From the NCBI RefSeq assembly GCF_902713615.1, contig NW_024055843.1, positions 124,001 to 186,657 of the forward strand: a DNA stretch of 62,657 bases, in the 5' to 3' direction. A model generated the notes under the pieces. It saw only the letters and a list, made by a program, of their open reading frames with translations. It was not told the origin of the DNA and ran no database searches. Source of the stretch: Scyliorhinus canicula (lineage: Eukaryota). A program made the position numbers and the translations under genes. Within the stretch, counting starts at the first letter, position 1, and each line of letters starts with the position of its first letter. Positions 35,991-48,600 of the stretch are shown here, piece after piece.

Positions 35991-38039
35991 CCATTAAATA
36001 GATTAAGGACTGCCATAGCACGGAATGTAACCCAATAAATCGCTCTCTGCATTGCCGAATCGAAAATTCCCAAGACCGATATATCACTGCTTAAAAATCA
36101 ACCAAATCTCCTTCTACAGCCTGTCTGGTGCTGCTGAATTCTTTCTGACTGTCATTATCTGGGTTTGGAATCCCCTTTCTGAGTCGCCTAGTCAAACATC
36201 AAGTACAATTTCCACATTCCACACAGATACAAGTTTTATTGAAGGACTTGATCAAATTGCACTCCCTGAAATACTGGAAAATGAAGTAGAAGATTTACAA
36301 CCAGTCAGGAAGATTCCTGGTCCCAGCACAGTGACCGCGCGCACAGAAACTGAACAGACACAAATGGCAACAATCGAGTTCCAGCAGATAGATCTGTTCA
36401 ATCTGTCAGTTTCATGAAACTGTTTGATTTTAATTTATCAATGGCCAACTTCCGACAACAATAATTTAGTGACTAATTTGAAATTAAACTGACATTAATT
36501 TCAAAACTGCGTTTGGTTTTTAACAATTTCTCTCTGTCTATCTCAAAACTCGATAATTGGTCAAAAAGTAGTTTTGCTGAAAATGAGCAGATTAAATATA
36601 CAGATTCAGGGTAGATTATTGACAGAACAGAGACTCAGTGACAGGGCAATAATTAAACAAACCAGGAAATATTCACATTACCCACTGATATGATCTAAAA
36701 ACACAATTAAATGTAATCAGAAAAAGAATCAGGGCAAAAGAATGTAATCAGAAAAAGAATTTAGCTGCACACAGCAGTATAATGAAATGTATGGTTTCCT
36801 AAATTAATTCAGATATTATTAAAATTATCTAAGACATTTGAGATATTGCACGCCAGGATACAACTCAATTGTAGGAGATCATTTATATTGAATTAATTCT
36901 CACTGATATTGTATTGTAAGTTATTGTTAATTGTCAGCTAAATCTTTATTCGATTATCTGTACTATAATAATGAATATAATAAAAATAGCATTCAATAAT
37001 CCCCAATTTGTTTTTACCCAGAGCTTTGTGAAATAATTGGGATTTAATTAAAACAACCTGACAATCAAACAATGTTGAACAGTAAACTCCCACTTACTCG
37101 ATGGAATCATCTTAACATTTAATTGACTAAATTCACATTTTTTAAAACTCAAATTGCTCTATTCGACCTACAAATGTGTAAAATCTGCACCTTTCTGAAC
37201 ACATTGATAAATCATAACCTCCATCTATTCTCAGAAAGTAATGAATATAACGAGAACAGCTGAGTTTGTTCAAATCATTTGCAAAACTCACGCATTAGGA
37301 GCAAGTGGAGAATTTGTTGTTGAATTTAGCATTTAATAACTTTTAAGCCTAAAGCTAAGATATAATCATTCTTTCTTTCCTATCATCTGTTCTTCCTATA
37401 ATTCTATCGTGTGTAGAGCACAGCTATGGGAGACAGGATGTCATTATAAAATGCAAAGGTACTGTTAACCTTTTGTAAATAAATACATCGGTTTGACATT
37501 CAAGCTTTTACTTTTCAATCTCTTGCCATATGCAATCTGAACTTTCCTATAATACAAATAATATCATGGGAACAATTCATTGATTGGCAGCGACTTCCAC
37601 ATCTCAGAAAACTGTTTAAGATTAGATTGGTGATAATTCCCTCGCTATCCAACTACGCATTACAGTGAAGGTATAATATGGTTGCAGCGGCACTGAAATA
37701 ATAGAATAACTGGAATTACAAAGTATTTCCAGCCTAGAAATCTGTCCGACCATGTCAACCTCGTGCAGAACACAGCAGGATTGTGAAAGGTGATTGATGC
37801 TGAATTATATTAATCTAAAATAACCCTTGGTTAATATATAGTTGTATCACCGCATTGCAATTGTTTGAATTATATAAATGTTACTATGTTCTGCATGGGC
37901 GTTTCAGTCACTATTTCGTTTAATCTGGAAGCATCAGTTAAAATTACAAAATGCATCAATATATCTTTATTAGATTATTTTCTTAAGGCTGGCTGTTTTT
38001 TTTCCCGACAATCGCCCTTCAAGCATTTTCAAACGCCTA

Positions 38040-39310
38040 GACTGTTTGCATTCAACCAGAAAACGTGCAACCGCTCAGTGTCACGGAGTTTAAACAATGC
38101 AGAAACGCTGAACCGTTTGACAGATCTGAATCATTTAAAGTCACCCAGATACACAATCTCCTCAGCAAAACAAAACACTAAATCACATCAATGAAGGACT
38201 GAAACCCGTTTATGGAGAAGCAGCTCAATTCTACACCGAACAGGATCAAACTTAATATTGCAAGAAAATATCAATATCCAGCAAAGCAGCTCGTAACCAA
38301 ATGTATAAATTATTAAACTAAACAGAAATGTGGAATAACAACAATAGCATTGCGAGGTGCTCGAATATTAACAACAAATAAATATTGAAACTCAACCATT
38401 TTTTTCATACTGAGTCATTTTTCAAGCACATTTAAATGCTTTTAATGTTTGCAGTTGATGGTAAAAGCTGCAACCATCAGATGCCACGGAGGTTAAACTT
38501 TGCACAAACGGCAAACTGTGATTGCAGCAACAATCTGTGCTCGGAAAGGATTTGTCGGAAAACGTAAAAGTTTAATCTGCAATTTTCACTGTTTTTCAAG
38601 ATGCACTAACAGCCTCCCTGTCCTCTGCGACAAGCAGTTTCAAACAAGCAGACTCTGCATTCAATCACAAACCGTGTAACCGCTCAGTGTCACCGAGTTG
38701 AAACAATACAGACACACCAAACCGTTTCACAAACTTTCCTACACAAAGTCACCCAAAAACATTCCTCAGCAGGAAAACACCAAACCACATCACTGAAGGA
38801 GTGAAACATCACGGAGAAGCAGCTCAATTCTACAAACACTTCCAAAAGAATCAAATGTAACATTGCAAGAACATCTCAATTTAGAATGCACCAAACCCCT
38901 ATTTCATCAAATGAACGAACAGGTAAACTAAACAGAAAACCTGAATAATACCACCAGCACTTTCAGTAAGCAGAACATGTTCAATAAGATAATACAGAAA
39001 CTTTAGCACATTTTGTCAATGTTGGGATTGATCTCATACACTTGTGCAGAAGACGGTACAAATTGCAGACATTAGATAGAACCGAGATTAAACATCGTAA
39101 AAACACACGTTTTGTATTTAAAGTAACCCAGCCACACAGTATCCTCAGCAAATAAACACCAAATCACAGCAAACAGGGACTGAATCCCTCAGCAGCATCT
39201 TTCTGTCAAGAAACCGCGGGATTCTATGTCCCCCTTTCAGCAGAATCAAATGAAACATTGCAACAACATCTCAATACATGATCCACCAAAACACATTTCA
39301 GTGAACGAAT
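38040..39310. repeat. Three diverged direct copies of a ~300-360 bp unit just 3' of JH (38040-38400, 38650-39010, 39080-39310)
   Basis: Shared cores AAAGT(C/A)ACCCA, CCTCAGCA, AAACAC(C/T)AAA(T/C)CACA and ATTGCAA; GGAGAAGCAGCTCAATTCTACA occurs in two copies. Confidence 0.8.
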
Positions 39311-39385
39311 GGATTTGGAAAATGCAGAAAAATATAAAACAAATACTCAAGTAAAACAGTTGGTAAATGACGGAATGGTTCTTAC

Positions 39386-39433
39386 CTGCAGTCACCGTCA
39401 CCATGGTCCCCTGTCCCCAGTAGGCCATGATGT
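39386..39433 (-). CDS. IGHJ: JH segment (IMAYWGQGTMVTVTA)
   Basis: WGQG motif, G|GTAAG donor, and an upstream RSS. Confidence 0.96.
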
Positions 39434-39472
39434 CACAGTGTCACATTCCCTGGGCAGCTCCATACAATAACC
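39434..39472 (-). other. JH 5' RSS (23-bp spacer)
   Basis: Plus strand reads CACAGTG (39434-39440), 23 bp, ACAATAACC (39464-39472). Confidence 0.93.
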
Positions 39473-39794
39473 GCACCTGCATATAATAGACAGAAATCCA
39501 CCATTATATTAAATATTCACAAACCAACGGCAAAGAAAATTCACGATTAATTTTCAGGAAATTATATTAATATTTGTGCATACCGTTCTCTCTTCATAAA
39601 TGACCGAATGTTTTACGTTTCACAGACATGGAGATGTTATTGAAAACACCAACTGTGACTAACTAACGACCACCAATTTTCCACATTAATTCTTATTATT
39701 TTGTCAGTGCTGGAAATAAATAATGCTTCACTGTGAATAAAGTTGGATTGTAAACGCGAGCACTGAGCCAGCCTCAGTTAATTAGTGCTGAGGG

Positions 39795-39860
39795 GCTTTT
39801 TGTATTGACAGTAACTGCTGTGCCCCAGTTATCACAGTGAGAAACAGCGTGTCAAATACT
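39795..39860 (-). other. IGHD: D2 segment ATAACTGGGG (39823-39832) with 12-RSS on both sides
   Basis: Plus strand reads GCTTTTTGT-12bp-TGCTGTG-[10 bp]-CACAGTG-12bp-TCAAATACT. It lies about 380 bp from D1 and about 390 bp from JH. Confidence 0.9.
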
Positions 39861-40172
39861 GCGGCAGACTGTTAACTGTAAAATACAGAGATTTAATTTC
39901 ACTGTTCACTCAAAAACCTAACTCTGTCTCTTCCAAGAGCGAATGGGTGAGTTATTTCAGCTTGTCCGTGTCATTAAATTTATAAAGAGGATCGGAACAC
40001 TTTTAAACCCTCTGGGCAGATTTAGCGAGTCGGTCAACAGAGATAAAGTGGAAGATTTTTATACCTTTTTGTAAACTAATAGTACTTCCAAACTTTGTTT
40101 TATTTAAAACTCATTTACATTGACGATCCTGCTGTGTCGCTGATCACCAATTTGAACAAACTCTATCACTGA

Positions 40173-40253
40173 GGTTTTTGTATGAGGATGTCGCTGTGCA
40201 CAGCACTGTGACCCACTGCTGTAGTCACAGTGACAGACACCCGCACAAAAACT
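40173..40253 (-). other. IGHD: D1 segment ACTACAGCAGTGGGT (40211-40225) with 5' 12-RSS and 3' 22-RSS
   Basis: Plus strand reads GGTTTTTGT-22bp-CACTGTG-[15 bp]-CACAGTG-12bp-ACAAAAACT, matching the 12/22 D1 layout of shark IgM clusters. Confidence 0.95.
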
Positions 40254-40616
40254 GCACTCACTCTCTGTTCAGTCCTGCCGCTCAATATTCACTTCAAATA
40301 CACGTTTACTTCTGATCTACTTTACAATTTAATCAATCGTTTACAAAACACAATGTACAAAGCTCTGCTCCAAATTATAGACATAATAAAACAAGTATCC
40401 TATTCAGGATAGTAATTGCTGAAACTGTAAACATTACAGATAAACACAGTCACATTGATATCGGTAGGTTTGTTTGGTTTTACTGCGAACATTTGTCTGT
40501 CTCAGTTGTGTCAGTCGCAGTTCGTGGTCCGGTTCTGACCACTGACATTAATATTACATTTGGATCAAGTGCTGACCTTCAGGTTAAGGTGCAAGTTGCT
40601 GAATTCCCTCTCGAGC

Positions 40617-40655
40617 TGTTCTTGTGCGGGTCCAGCCCTGGTTCCTCTCGCTGTG
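40617..40655 (-). other. VH 3' recombination signal sequence (23-bp spacer)
   Basis: Heptamer CACAGCG (40655-40649), 23-bp spacer, nonamer ACAAGAACA (40625-40617). Confidence 0.92.
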
Positions 40656-40963
40656 GTGTCTTGCACAGTAATAGATGGCGGTGTCTTCGGTCTTCAGGCT
40701 CGCCATGGCCAAAGAGAAGATGTTGTTTGAAGTGTCTTTGGACGGAGTAAATCGGCCCTGAATCCCTGGCGCGTAGTATACGGTGTGGGATGGACTGTAG
40801 TACCAAACCAGCCACTCCAGCCCCTGTCCGGGAACCTGGCGGATCCAAGCCATCCAGTAGCTGCCAAGATTGAAGCCGCTGGTTTTACAGGTCAATGTCA
40901 GGGAGCCTCCGGGACGCCCAGTCTCTGCCTCTGGCTGAGTCAACACAACATCCGACTGGACAC
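40656..40963 (-). CDS. IGHV: Germline VH exon, intact: (R)[102 protein letters not shown]
   Basis: Canonical V-domain Cys, WIRQ, GLEW and DTAIYYC motifs; no stops; followed directly by an RSS. Confidence 0.97.
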
Positions 40964-41091
40964 CTGTAAAAATATATCAAAAAGCCCGAGGATTAATGCT
41001 GGTGAAATGATTGGTGACTCTGGAACATTCTAGAGAGAGACTAACACTGAGACAGTAACAGTGAGAGACTTGGGCAATAAAAACTACTCAC

Positions 41092-41137
41092 GGGATAAGA
41101 AAGTCAGCAACAAACTGAGAGAAATGGCCCACCTCAT
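41092..41137 (-). CDS. IGHV: IgM VH leader exon (MRWAISLSLLLTFLS + phase-1 base); an in-frame upstream ATG at 41149 adds MTRR
   Basis: 46-bp exon with a hydrophobic signal peptide, ending at a C|GTGAGT donor. A 128-bp intron follows to the TTTACAG acceptor at 40964-40965. Confidence 0.93.
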
Positions 41138-41228
41138 CCTTCTGGTCATTTGGGGGAAATGGTTGTGTCAGGAACTCAGTGAACAAACCAGCTCCCGGAC
41201 TGTTGGATTCGGGTCCCAGTGAGCGGCA

Positions 41229-41320
41229 TTTAAATACCCGGCAGAAGGGGGCGGCTTTCCAGGCGCCGCCTGTTGATTCCCCGGTGGAGGCGGCGACTGG
41301 ATCCACGTCCCGCCTTCCAC
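41229..41320 (-). promoter_or_regulatory. VH promoter: TATA-like TATTTAAA with a GC-rich upstream segment
   Basis: TATTTAAA at 41236-41229, about 80-90 bp upstream of the leader ATGs; CpG-rich stretch 41240-41320; no perfect octamer seen nearby. Confidence 0.6.
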
Positions 41321-44289
41321 ACCCCCAACAGAATGGATCCAGAGATTTACTATAGGATATTATTAAAATATAGATTGATCTGTATCGGGATATTTGGTTG
41401 TCTGAATTGATTCTTTATAATGACCCCATTGCGAAATTACATTTGCGCATCTGTTAATTTTAAAAAACTATTCCATTGTAAATTTAGTCCCTTTATTTCT
41501 ACTCCAGTATATTGAGATGATCTCAAAGAGACGAATTATTTTGTTAGGGAATAGGTTGTATGTCAGTCTGATTTACAACACTCCGGGTCTCTATTCCATT
41601 TGCAAAAAAGTATCATTTATCAGAGGAATTGTTGACGATTTATGTCTAAATGCGGGAATGAACAAGGTGATTCCATTTGCAGTGCGGATGATCACTCTGC
41701 ATTGCGGGTCTGCAGACAAGACAGACTGCTAACATTACACAATAGCTCTCCTTAAATTTCTGGAACTGTCCCTGAGCCTCAGTCATGTGAACATTAGCGG
41801 TAAAACAAGCCACTTGTCTGATAATTCAGCAGTGAGTTGACAGAAACATAAAATTGACATTAACATTTGACAGAGAAGTTAATGAATCATTATGGACAGG
41901 GCGATCAGCAAAGTTATCCTTCAGCATCCAAATCATTGCCGCTAATTTTACTGACCACCGGCTGTCTAACATTCACTGGTGTTGGGAACACAGGATATCA
42001 GGACTTTGCGGAATATTACACAATATCACAGGAATAAATGTTCTATCTTCCAATGAAGCAGGTCATAAACTGGTCATTTCTCGACTTATTGGCAGCAATG
42101 AGAGGGACTGTTAAATCATGGAAATCAACACAAATTAAACTTTACAGACTACGGTGAAAATCAGGTAAAAGTTTAAATGAGGTCAACAACTCGGAGAATA
42201 TTCCAAGAATTCCGCCGGGTTTTGAGCACTTTTATGATTTTCTTTTAATTCAACTTATGTTTTTTTGCAATTCCTCTCATCTGATTGGGCTTGTGGATTG
42301 GGTCGATCAACACCACTCATTCTCACTTCATTAGGTTCTTCACAAACGGACTTTCATAACTAGAGTGACCTTCACTCGGAACTTATATAAATTAAATAGT
42401 TTACTATTTTCCGATAATGTTTAATCTAAGAGTGAACAGATCATTTACTGAATATATTTATTTAGATGGATCACCATTTAAAACGCTTACTTTATGTGCG
42501 ACTGAAACATTTATTGTCAAATGGATAAATCCCATTGAATCCATTAATATTCAGGTTAATCTGCCCCACACAGTATTTGGCAGCAATCCAGCCGCCTGCA
42601 GTCAGGGAGGCTCGAATGTTCAATGTTGTTTACAGGAAGCATCTGAATTTTTTTCAGAGATCTGTTGGCTCAGTACTGACCGCTTGGCTGCAAGCCAACT
42701 TCAAACTCTTAACATTGTCAATGAGGACTACTTATAAACAAATCTACCCAGCAACAGCACTGGAGATCATTTTATGTTTTAAATTGTGAACCTATTTGTA
42801 CTGTTCCCATCTCTATGGAAAGGATTTGTAGCCCCTCTTAGCAGCAATATCCCGCTGGAGGATATCTCCCACATCTCACAACATTGTGATGACAGATAGA
42901 AATACAATCAGACTATCAGACAGAGGGTCCATTTGTAACAGACCAACATGTATATTCATGTTTTCCCCCTATATACTTTCATGGATTGTGGAACTAAATG
43001 GCAAGACCCTGCCCCTAATTACTCTTGAACTGCGCGGTTTGCTTTGCCAGTTCAGAATGAATGGAAGAGTCAGAATGTTGCTGTCCGACTGGAGCCTGAT
43101 GTGGGTGAAGCCGGGGAGGGATGACAGATTTCCTTCATTGGTGAAACAGAGCGGATTGCGTGTAATATGTATTCCAGATTTATTAAGTGGAATCAAATTC
43201 CCCCTCCGACTATGGTGGGATTTGTACCCGAGCATTTGTACCCGGGCATTTTTATTACTGGCCCAATAACATTAATACTGCATCACCACCCACCCAAAAT
43301 ATAAAGGGATCACTGATTTGATGTAGAGATGAGTGTTAGTTGGATGCCTGAATATTGTGATTGAGGATTCAGTGAATGGGGTTGATGGATGGATGGATAG
43401 ATGGCTCTGAAAGATGCTGTTCTACATTCTCAGTTTTGCGCTTGATGATTTCACAAATTTAAGTTGGTCCTTTATAATTTGTATCGCCTGATATATTCGG
43501 TGGCTGAGGCCTTTCTGGGTGAATTCCCTCCCCAGACTATCGGGAAATAACGAGCTAGACGTCACTAAGAGGGAACTGGAGATATTCCTGCGGTGCGGGT
43601 GATTCTTCTCTGCTGGTGGTGAATCTTCATCTCAAAGACAGAAAGCGAGAACGTGATTACATTGTGGAGGACGGTTGTAATATTTGGAACATGTGGTAAA
43701 TTTCGTGTACAATATGTCACTCCCGATGTCCTCACCCAAATTAATGAAGACACCAGACAAAAAACATATTAATGTGAAAACAGAAATACTGTGAAACTCA
43801 GTGGACAGCTGTAAGTGTTGAATTACTTTCCAAAACAGTGTAATAACAAATTGGGAAGTAAAGATTCATTAACGTCACATTAGATAAAGGCATTTTTATT
43901 TCTACCGGCACTTTAAAAATCATCTCACACCCCAGTCTGGAGTTTCTGTGTGACGATGACGAGATTACTGACCAATACAGCGCAGAGGCTGCTGGGTAGC
44001 TGCACATAATCCTCGATGTGGTTTAATTCTATTTCACATTGAATTCCGGTGTAGATGTGACTTCTTGGTGACAGAATGGCCAATGCTATCTCAATTAAAT
44101 TTAATCTCAATAAATTATGTCAAACATGCAAAAAAGGAATTAGGAGCAGAAATAGGCAATCAAGCCCTTCGAGCCAGCTCCGCCATTCAATCATGGCTGA
44201 TCTCTTCGTGGTCTCAAATCCACCTCCCTTAAATGAATTGTGTTTACATTTTGTAAAAGAAAGTGCGGATCATAATTGGTGAATGGTAC

Positions 44290-45110
44290 TTTTTATGTTG
44301 TGTTGATGATAATTGAATAATATCATTATTTAACTTTGTGACTTGTGACAATTGGTGATATTCGCCACAGAATTGCTAAACAATGACCATTTGCAGCAAA
44401 ATAGAATCTAACCATCGCTCCTTGACATTCACTGATATTGTCATCGCTGAATTCCCCACGATCAATACACTGGGGTTACCATTGACCAGAAGCTGGACTG
44501 GACTGACCATATAAATGCTGAGACTACAAGATCCGATCAGCGTCTCGGAAGCCTGCGGTGAGCAACTCACCTCGTCACTCCCAAATCCTGTTCACTATCT
44601 ACAAAGCATAAGCCAGGAGTGTAATTGAATACTGTCCAGTTGCCTGGCTGGGTGCAGCTCCAACAAAATTCAAGAAGCTCGACACTATCCAGGCTCAAGA
44701 AGCTTTATTGTCACCCCGTGTGCAAACACTCATTCCATCCACCTCTGGCGAATAATGGCAATAATGTACCATCCACAAGATGCACTGCAGGAACGCAGCA
44801 AATCTCCGTTCGAAACACCTTCTGAACCCAGGACCATATCCTTCTAGAAGGAAAAGGCAGCTGATACATGGTAAGATCACCACCTGGAAATTCCCCTCCA
44901 AATCATTCACTATCCTAACTTGGAAATATGTCACCGAATAATCGCTGTCGCTGGTTCAAAAGCCTAGAACTGCCTCCCTAACAGCATCGCCGGTGTACCT
45001 ACACCAGAGTAACTACAGAGGTTCAAACAAGCAGTTCACCGCCTCTTTGTGAAAGGCAATTACCGATGGACAATAAATCATGGCCTAGCCCTCGATGCCC
45101 ATGCCGTATA
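44290..45110 (+). mobile_element. Degenerate non-LTR retrotransposon RT 3' end (CR1/L2 superclade); related copies at ~46470-48300 (+) and ~49100-49720 (-)
   Basis: Shared ...GGGGTTACCATTGACCAGAAGCTG(G/A)ACTGG... and ...GTAACTCACCTCCTGACT... blocks between copies. Confidence 0.65.
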
Positions 45111-45499
45111 ACTTCATTTAAAACAGGACTTTGTGGAACGATGGCAATTGGTGAATCTAATCGTTATTATTCATAAATTAATGAAAATTGGTGAATATAA
45201 TTGCTATGTTTCTGAACATTTATGGCCTCCGCCTTCTCTGCCAGAAGGTATAAGCCATCCCACAGAAGATTCATGATGTAAAATCATAACCAATATCGGA
45301 AAACAAAGTGGACAGAGGGAAGTGCAACAACTATTGACATATCTCACACACACCATCACTGGGAAGGCCTTTGCTAGCTTCACACTTTAAACGCTTCATC
45401 TGCTTGCAGGCCGAATGTAGCTGGAAGAAAGGTGCTGTGTTTGTGTCGCAAGACTTACTCTGGACACGATCTGCTCCCTCTGCCACATGCCTCCCTCTT

Positions 45500-45690
45500 T
45501 ACCTTACTTTCATCAATCTCAATAAACATTCGACACTGTCGGTGGGCTGGTGTGCGCCACCAGGACCAGTGGATGAAGCAGCTTTGAAATGGACAAAAAC
45601 CGAGAAAACGACAACCCAGAACGGCAATTGGGCGCTTCGTGTGCAACATTTGTGGAAATATTTGCTGTGTATCTATTGGAAATAGAAGGA
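45500..45690 (+). mobile_element. RTE-clade LINE C-terminal remnant
   Basis: WAGVRHQDQWMKQL*NGQKPRKRQP...GRFVCNICGNICCVSIG resembles the RTE terminal CxxC-x3-C-SRIG motif. Confidence 0.45.
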
Positions 45691-48600
45691 TGCCGTGGCC
45701 TTTGTTAAATTTGTGCGCAATATGTGTTTCACACAAACACAGCCACACACACACACACACACACACAGTCTCTCACACACACATTCTCTCTGTCTTACAC
45801 GCACACACACATTTCCACTTTAAATTTAAAATCCCATGTTAACTTCCTGGGAAGCTTCGGACACAATGGCCCCAACCATTTTGCAGGTGGTATAGTGAAT
45901 CAATAAACTCTCCCCAACACTATGTTTGTGAGATGATTGTTACATTTCCCATGGACTCCATACAACGCCCGGGTAAACATTCCTCTATTTAACAAAGATG
46001 AACAAAAATGCATGACCAGGAATTGAGCCGCTTTGTTCTGGTGCTGATCTCAACCTGGGAGAATCAGCCACGGACACCTGCAATTAGTTACACCTTAAAT
46101 TTTGGCACCTCCGGTAGAAGTAGATGTGATATTACATTTGTGCAAATGGATAATGGATACATCAACATCATGGATTATACCTGACAGCAACATTTTCACA
46201 GCAACTGCAATTGCAAAGTTTGGCCAGCAGATGGAATTTAAATCGAGATGCCATGAAGCAGACATTAACTCAATAACTACTGCACTGATCCCTGTCTCTG
46301 TTAATTTTAAATTGGACTCCATCTGTATTTTTGTTAGACTAGACTGTCTTTGTTTATAATACAGGACACTGTGTTTCACTTAATACTGCACCAGTACTTG
46401 GCAATGTTTATATCACACAATCAATGTGATCCTATTTTCAATATACAGGATCTGTCTCTGCAGTTTTGCCTCATCCAGTCCTGAATAGTAATGAATAAAT
46501 AAACAAAAGGCCAGAATAGGAGCCTCAATAAAATTCCCCTCTTCAATGATGCGGGCGTCCAGCACGTCAGTGCAAAAAACAAGACTGAAAGTTTCTGCCA
46601 GAGGTGCCGAGAGGATGATCCATCTCGGCCTCCTCCGGTGGTCTGCATCATCATGGATGTCAGTCTTCAGCAAATTTCATTCACTCCACACGATATCAAG
46701 AAACGGCTGACGGCGCTGCTACTGCATTATCCCTGGCAACATTCTAGCAACAATACTGAAGATGTGTGGCCTGGAACTGGCTGCGCCCCAGACAAGTTGT
46801 TCCAGTGCAGATATAGCACTGACATGTACCCAACAATGTGTAACATTGCCAAACATGACCCGTCCACATAAGGCAGGAAAAACCCAACCCGGCCAATTAT
46901 TGGCCCATCAGTCCACATTCGATCATCACGGGCAGCATGGTAGCATTGTGGATAGCATAATTGCTTCACAGCTCCAGGGTCCCACGTTCGATTCTGGCTT
47001 GGGTCACTGTCTGTGCGGAGTCTGCAAATCCTCCCCGTGTGTGCGTGGGTTTCCTCCGGGTGCTCCGGTTTCCTCCCACTGTCCAAAGATGTACAGGTTA
47101 GGTGCATTGGCCATGATAAATTGTCCTTAGTGTCCAAAATTGCCCTTAGTGTTAACTGGGGTTACTGGGTTACTGGGTTATGGGGATAGGGTGGAGGTGT
47201 TGACCTTAGGTAGGGTGCTCTTTCCAAGAGCCGGTGCAGACTCGATGGGCCGAATGGCCTTCTTCTGCACTGTAAATTCTATGTAATCACCAACTTCATG
47301 AAAAGTGTCACGTATAGTGTCCGAGCATAGTGTCCCCGGCCCGAGCTTCACCCTTCTTCATAAGGTCAGAAGTGGGGATGTTCATTGATGATTACCCAAT
47401 GTTCTGCACCATATTCGATTCCTAAAATACTGAAGCAGTCTGTCTTCATTTACAGTAAGACTTGGACAACATTCAGGCTTGGGCTGACAAGTGTCAGGCA
47501 ATGACCACCCCAAAAATAGAGATTCTAACCAACTCCCCTTGATTTTAAATGACACTACATTGATTAAATCCCCCACCATCATTAGCATTGATGAAAAACT
47601 GAACTGAAAGAACCATTTAAATAATGTGGCTACAAGAGCAGGTCAGTGGCTGGAAATTTTGCGGTGAGTTACTCACCTCCTGACTTCCCAACCCCGACTC
47701 ATCATCTAGAAGGCAGAAGTCAGGAGTTTAACTGAATATTCTCCATTTGTCTGAAGTGCGGTCCTCAAGCAACACTCGAGAATCTCAACGTCATCCAGGA
47801 CAAAGTGGCCGGCTCGAGGAACACCCCATCCGCCAGCTGAAACATTCACTCCCTGCATCACGGGTGTACAATTCTAGCAGCGTGAGCGATATACAAGGAT
47901 GTACTGCAGCAACTGCCTCCTTCTATACCACCTTCCAAACCCACGAACTCAGACATTTAAAAGGACCAGGCCCGACAGACGCATTGTAACAGCAGGACCT
48001 GCAAGTTCCCCACCAAGCCTCACACCATCTTCATAGAGTTCATAGAATTTACAGTGCAGAAGATGGGAACTATATCTCTGTTCCTTCACTGTCACTGGTC
48101 AAAATCCTGGAACTCCTTCCTATCAGCTCTGTGGGTGGACTTGCTCAGAATGGAATGCGATGGTTCAATAAGCGGGTTCAACACCACATTCCCAAGGGCA
48201 ATTAGGAATTGGCATCAAATGCTGACGTTTCTGGTGACACCAAGATGCCATTAAATCATTTTAAACATATCTCTCAACTTACATTCACCTAACCCCAGCC
48301 TCTGTTTACATTACACTCGCCGTGTCTCTATCACATTGCAGCAGGTCCTGTCTCAGTTTCCCTGCACTCGGCTGAATATCAGTTGTTAATATACAGGCCC
48401 ACGCCCTGTTTATATTACAAATCATTAATAATAACTGCACTGAATCATGCCTCGGTCAGTCTGGCACGAAACACGTCACAATGGTTCCAGCATCAGAACG
48501 TTTATCTGTGCATCGTAAACTGGAACAACATTCTGTTTGCATCACGTGGTTCGGTCTCAGTTATTACTCGACAAGATAGTTAGATTCTAATAAACTCAAT

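Noticed and set aside
27388-36087. ORFs of 441-1489 aa rich in His/Thr/Ser/Leu/Pro
   Set aside because: They are translations of the CA-rich satellite strand, which lacks stop codons in several frames at once, and they lie inside the IgM intron.
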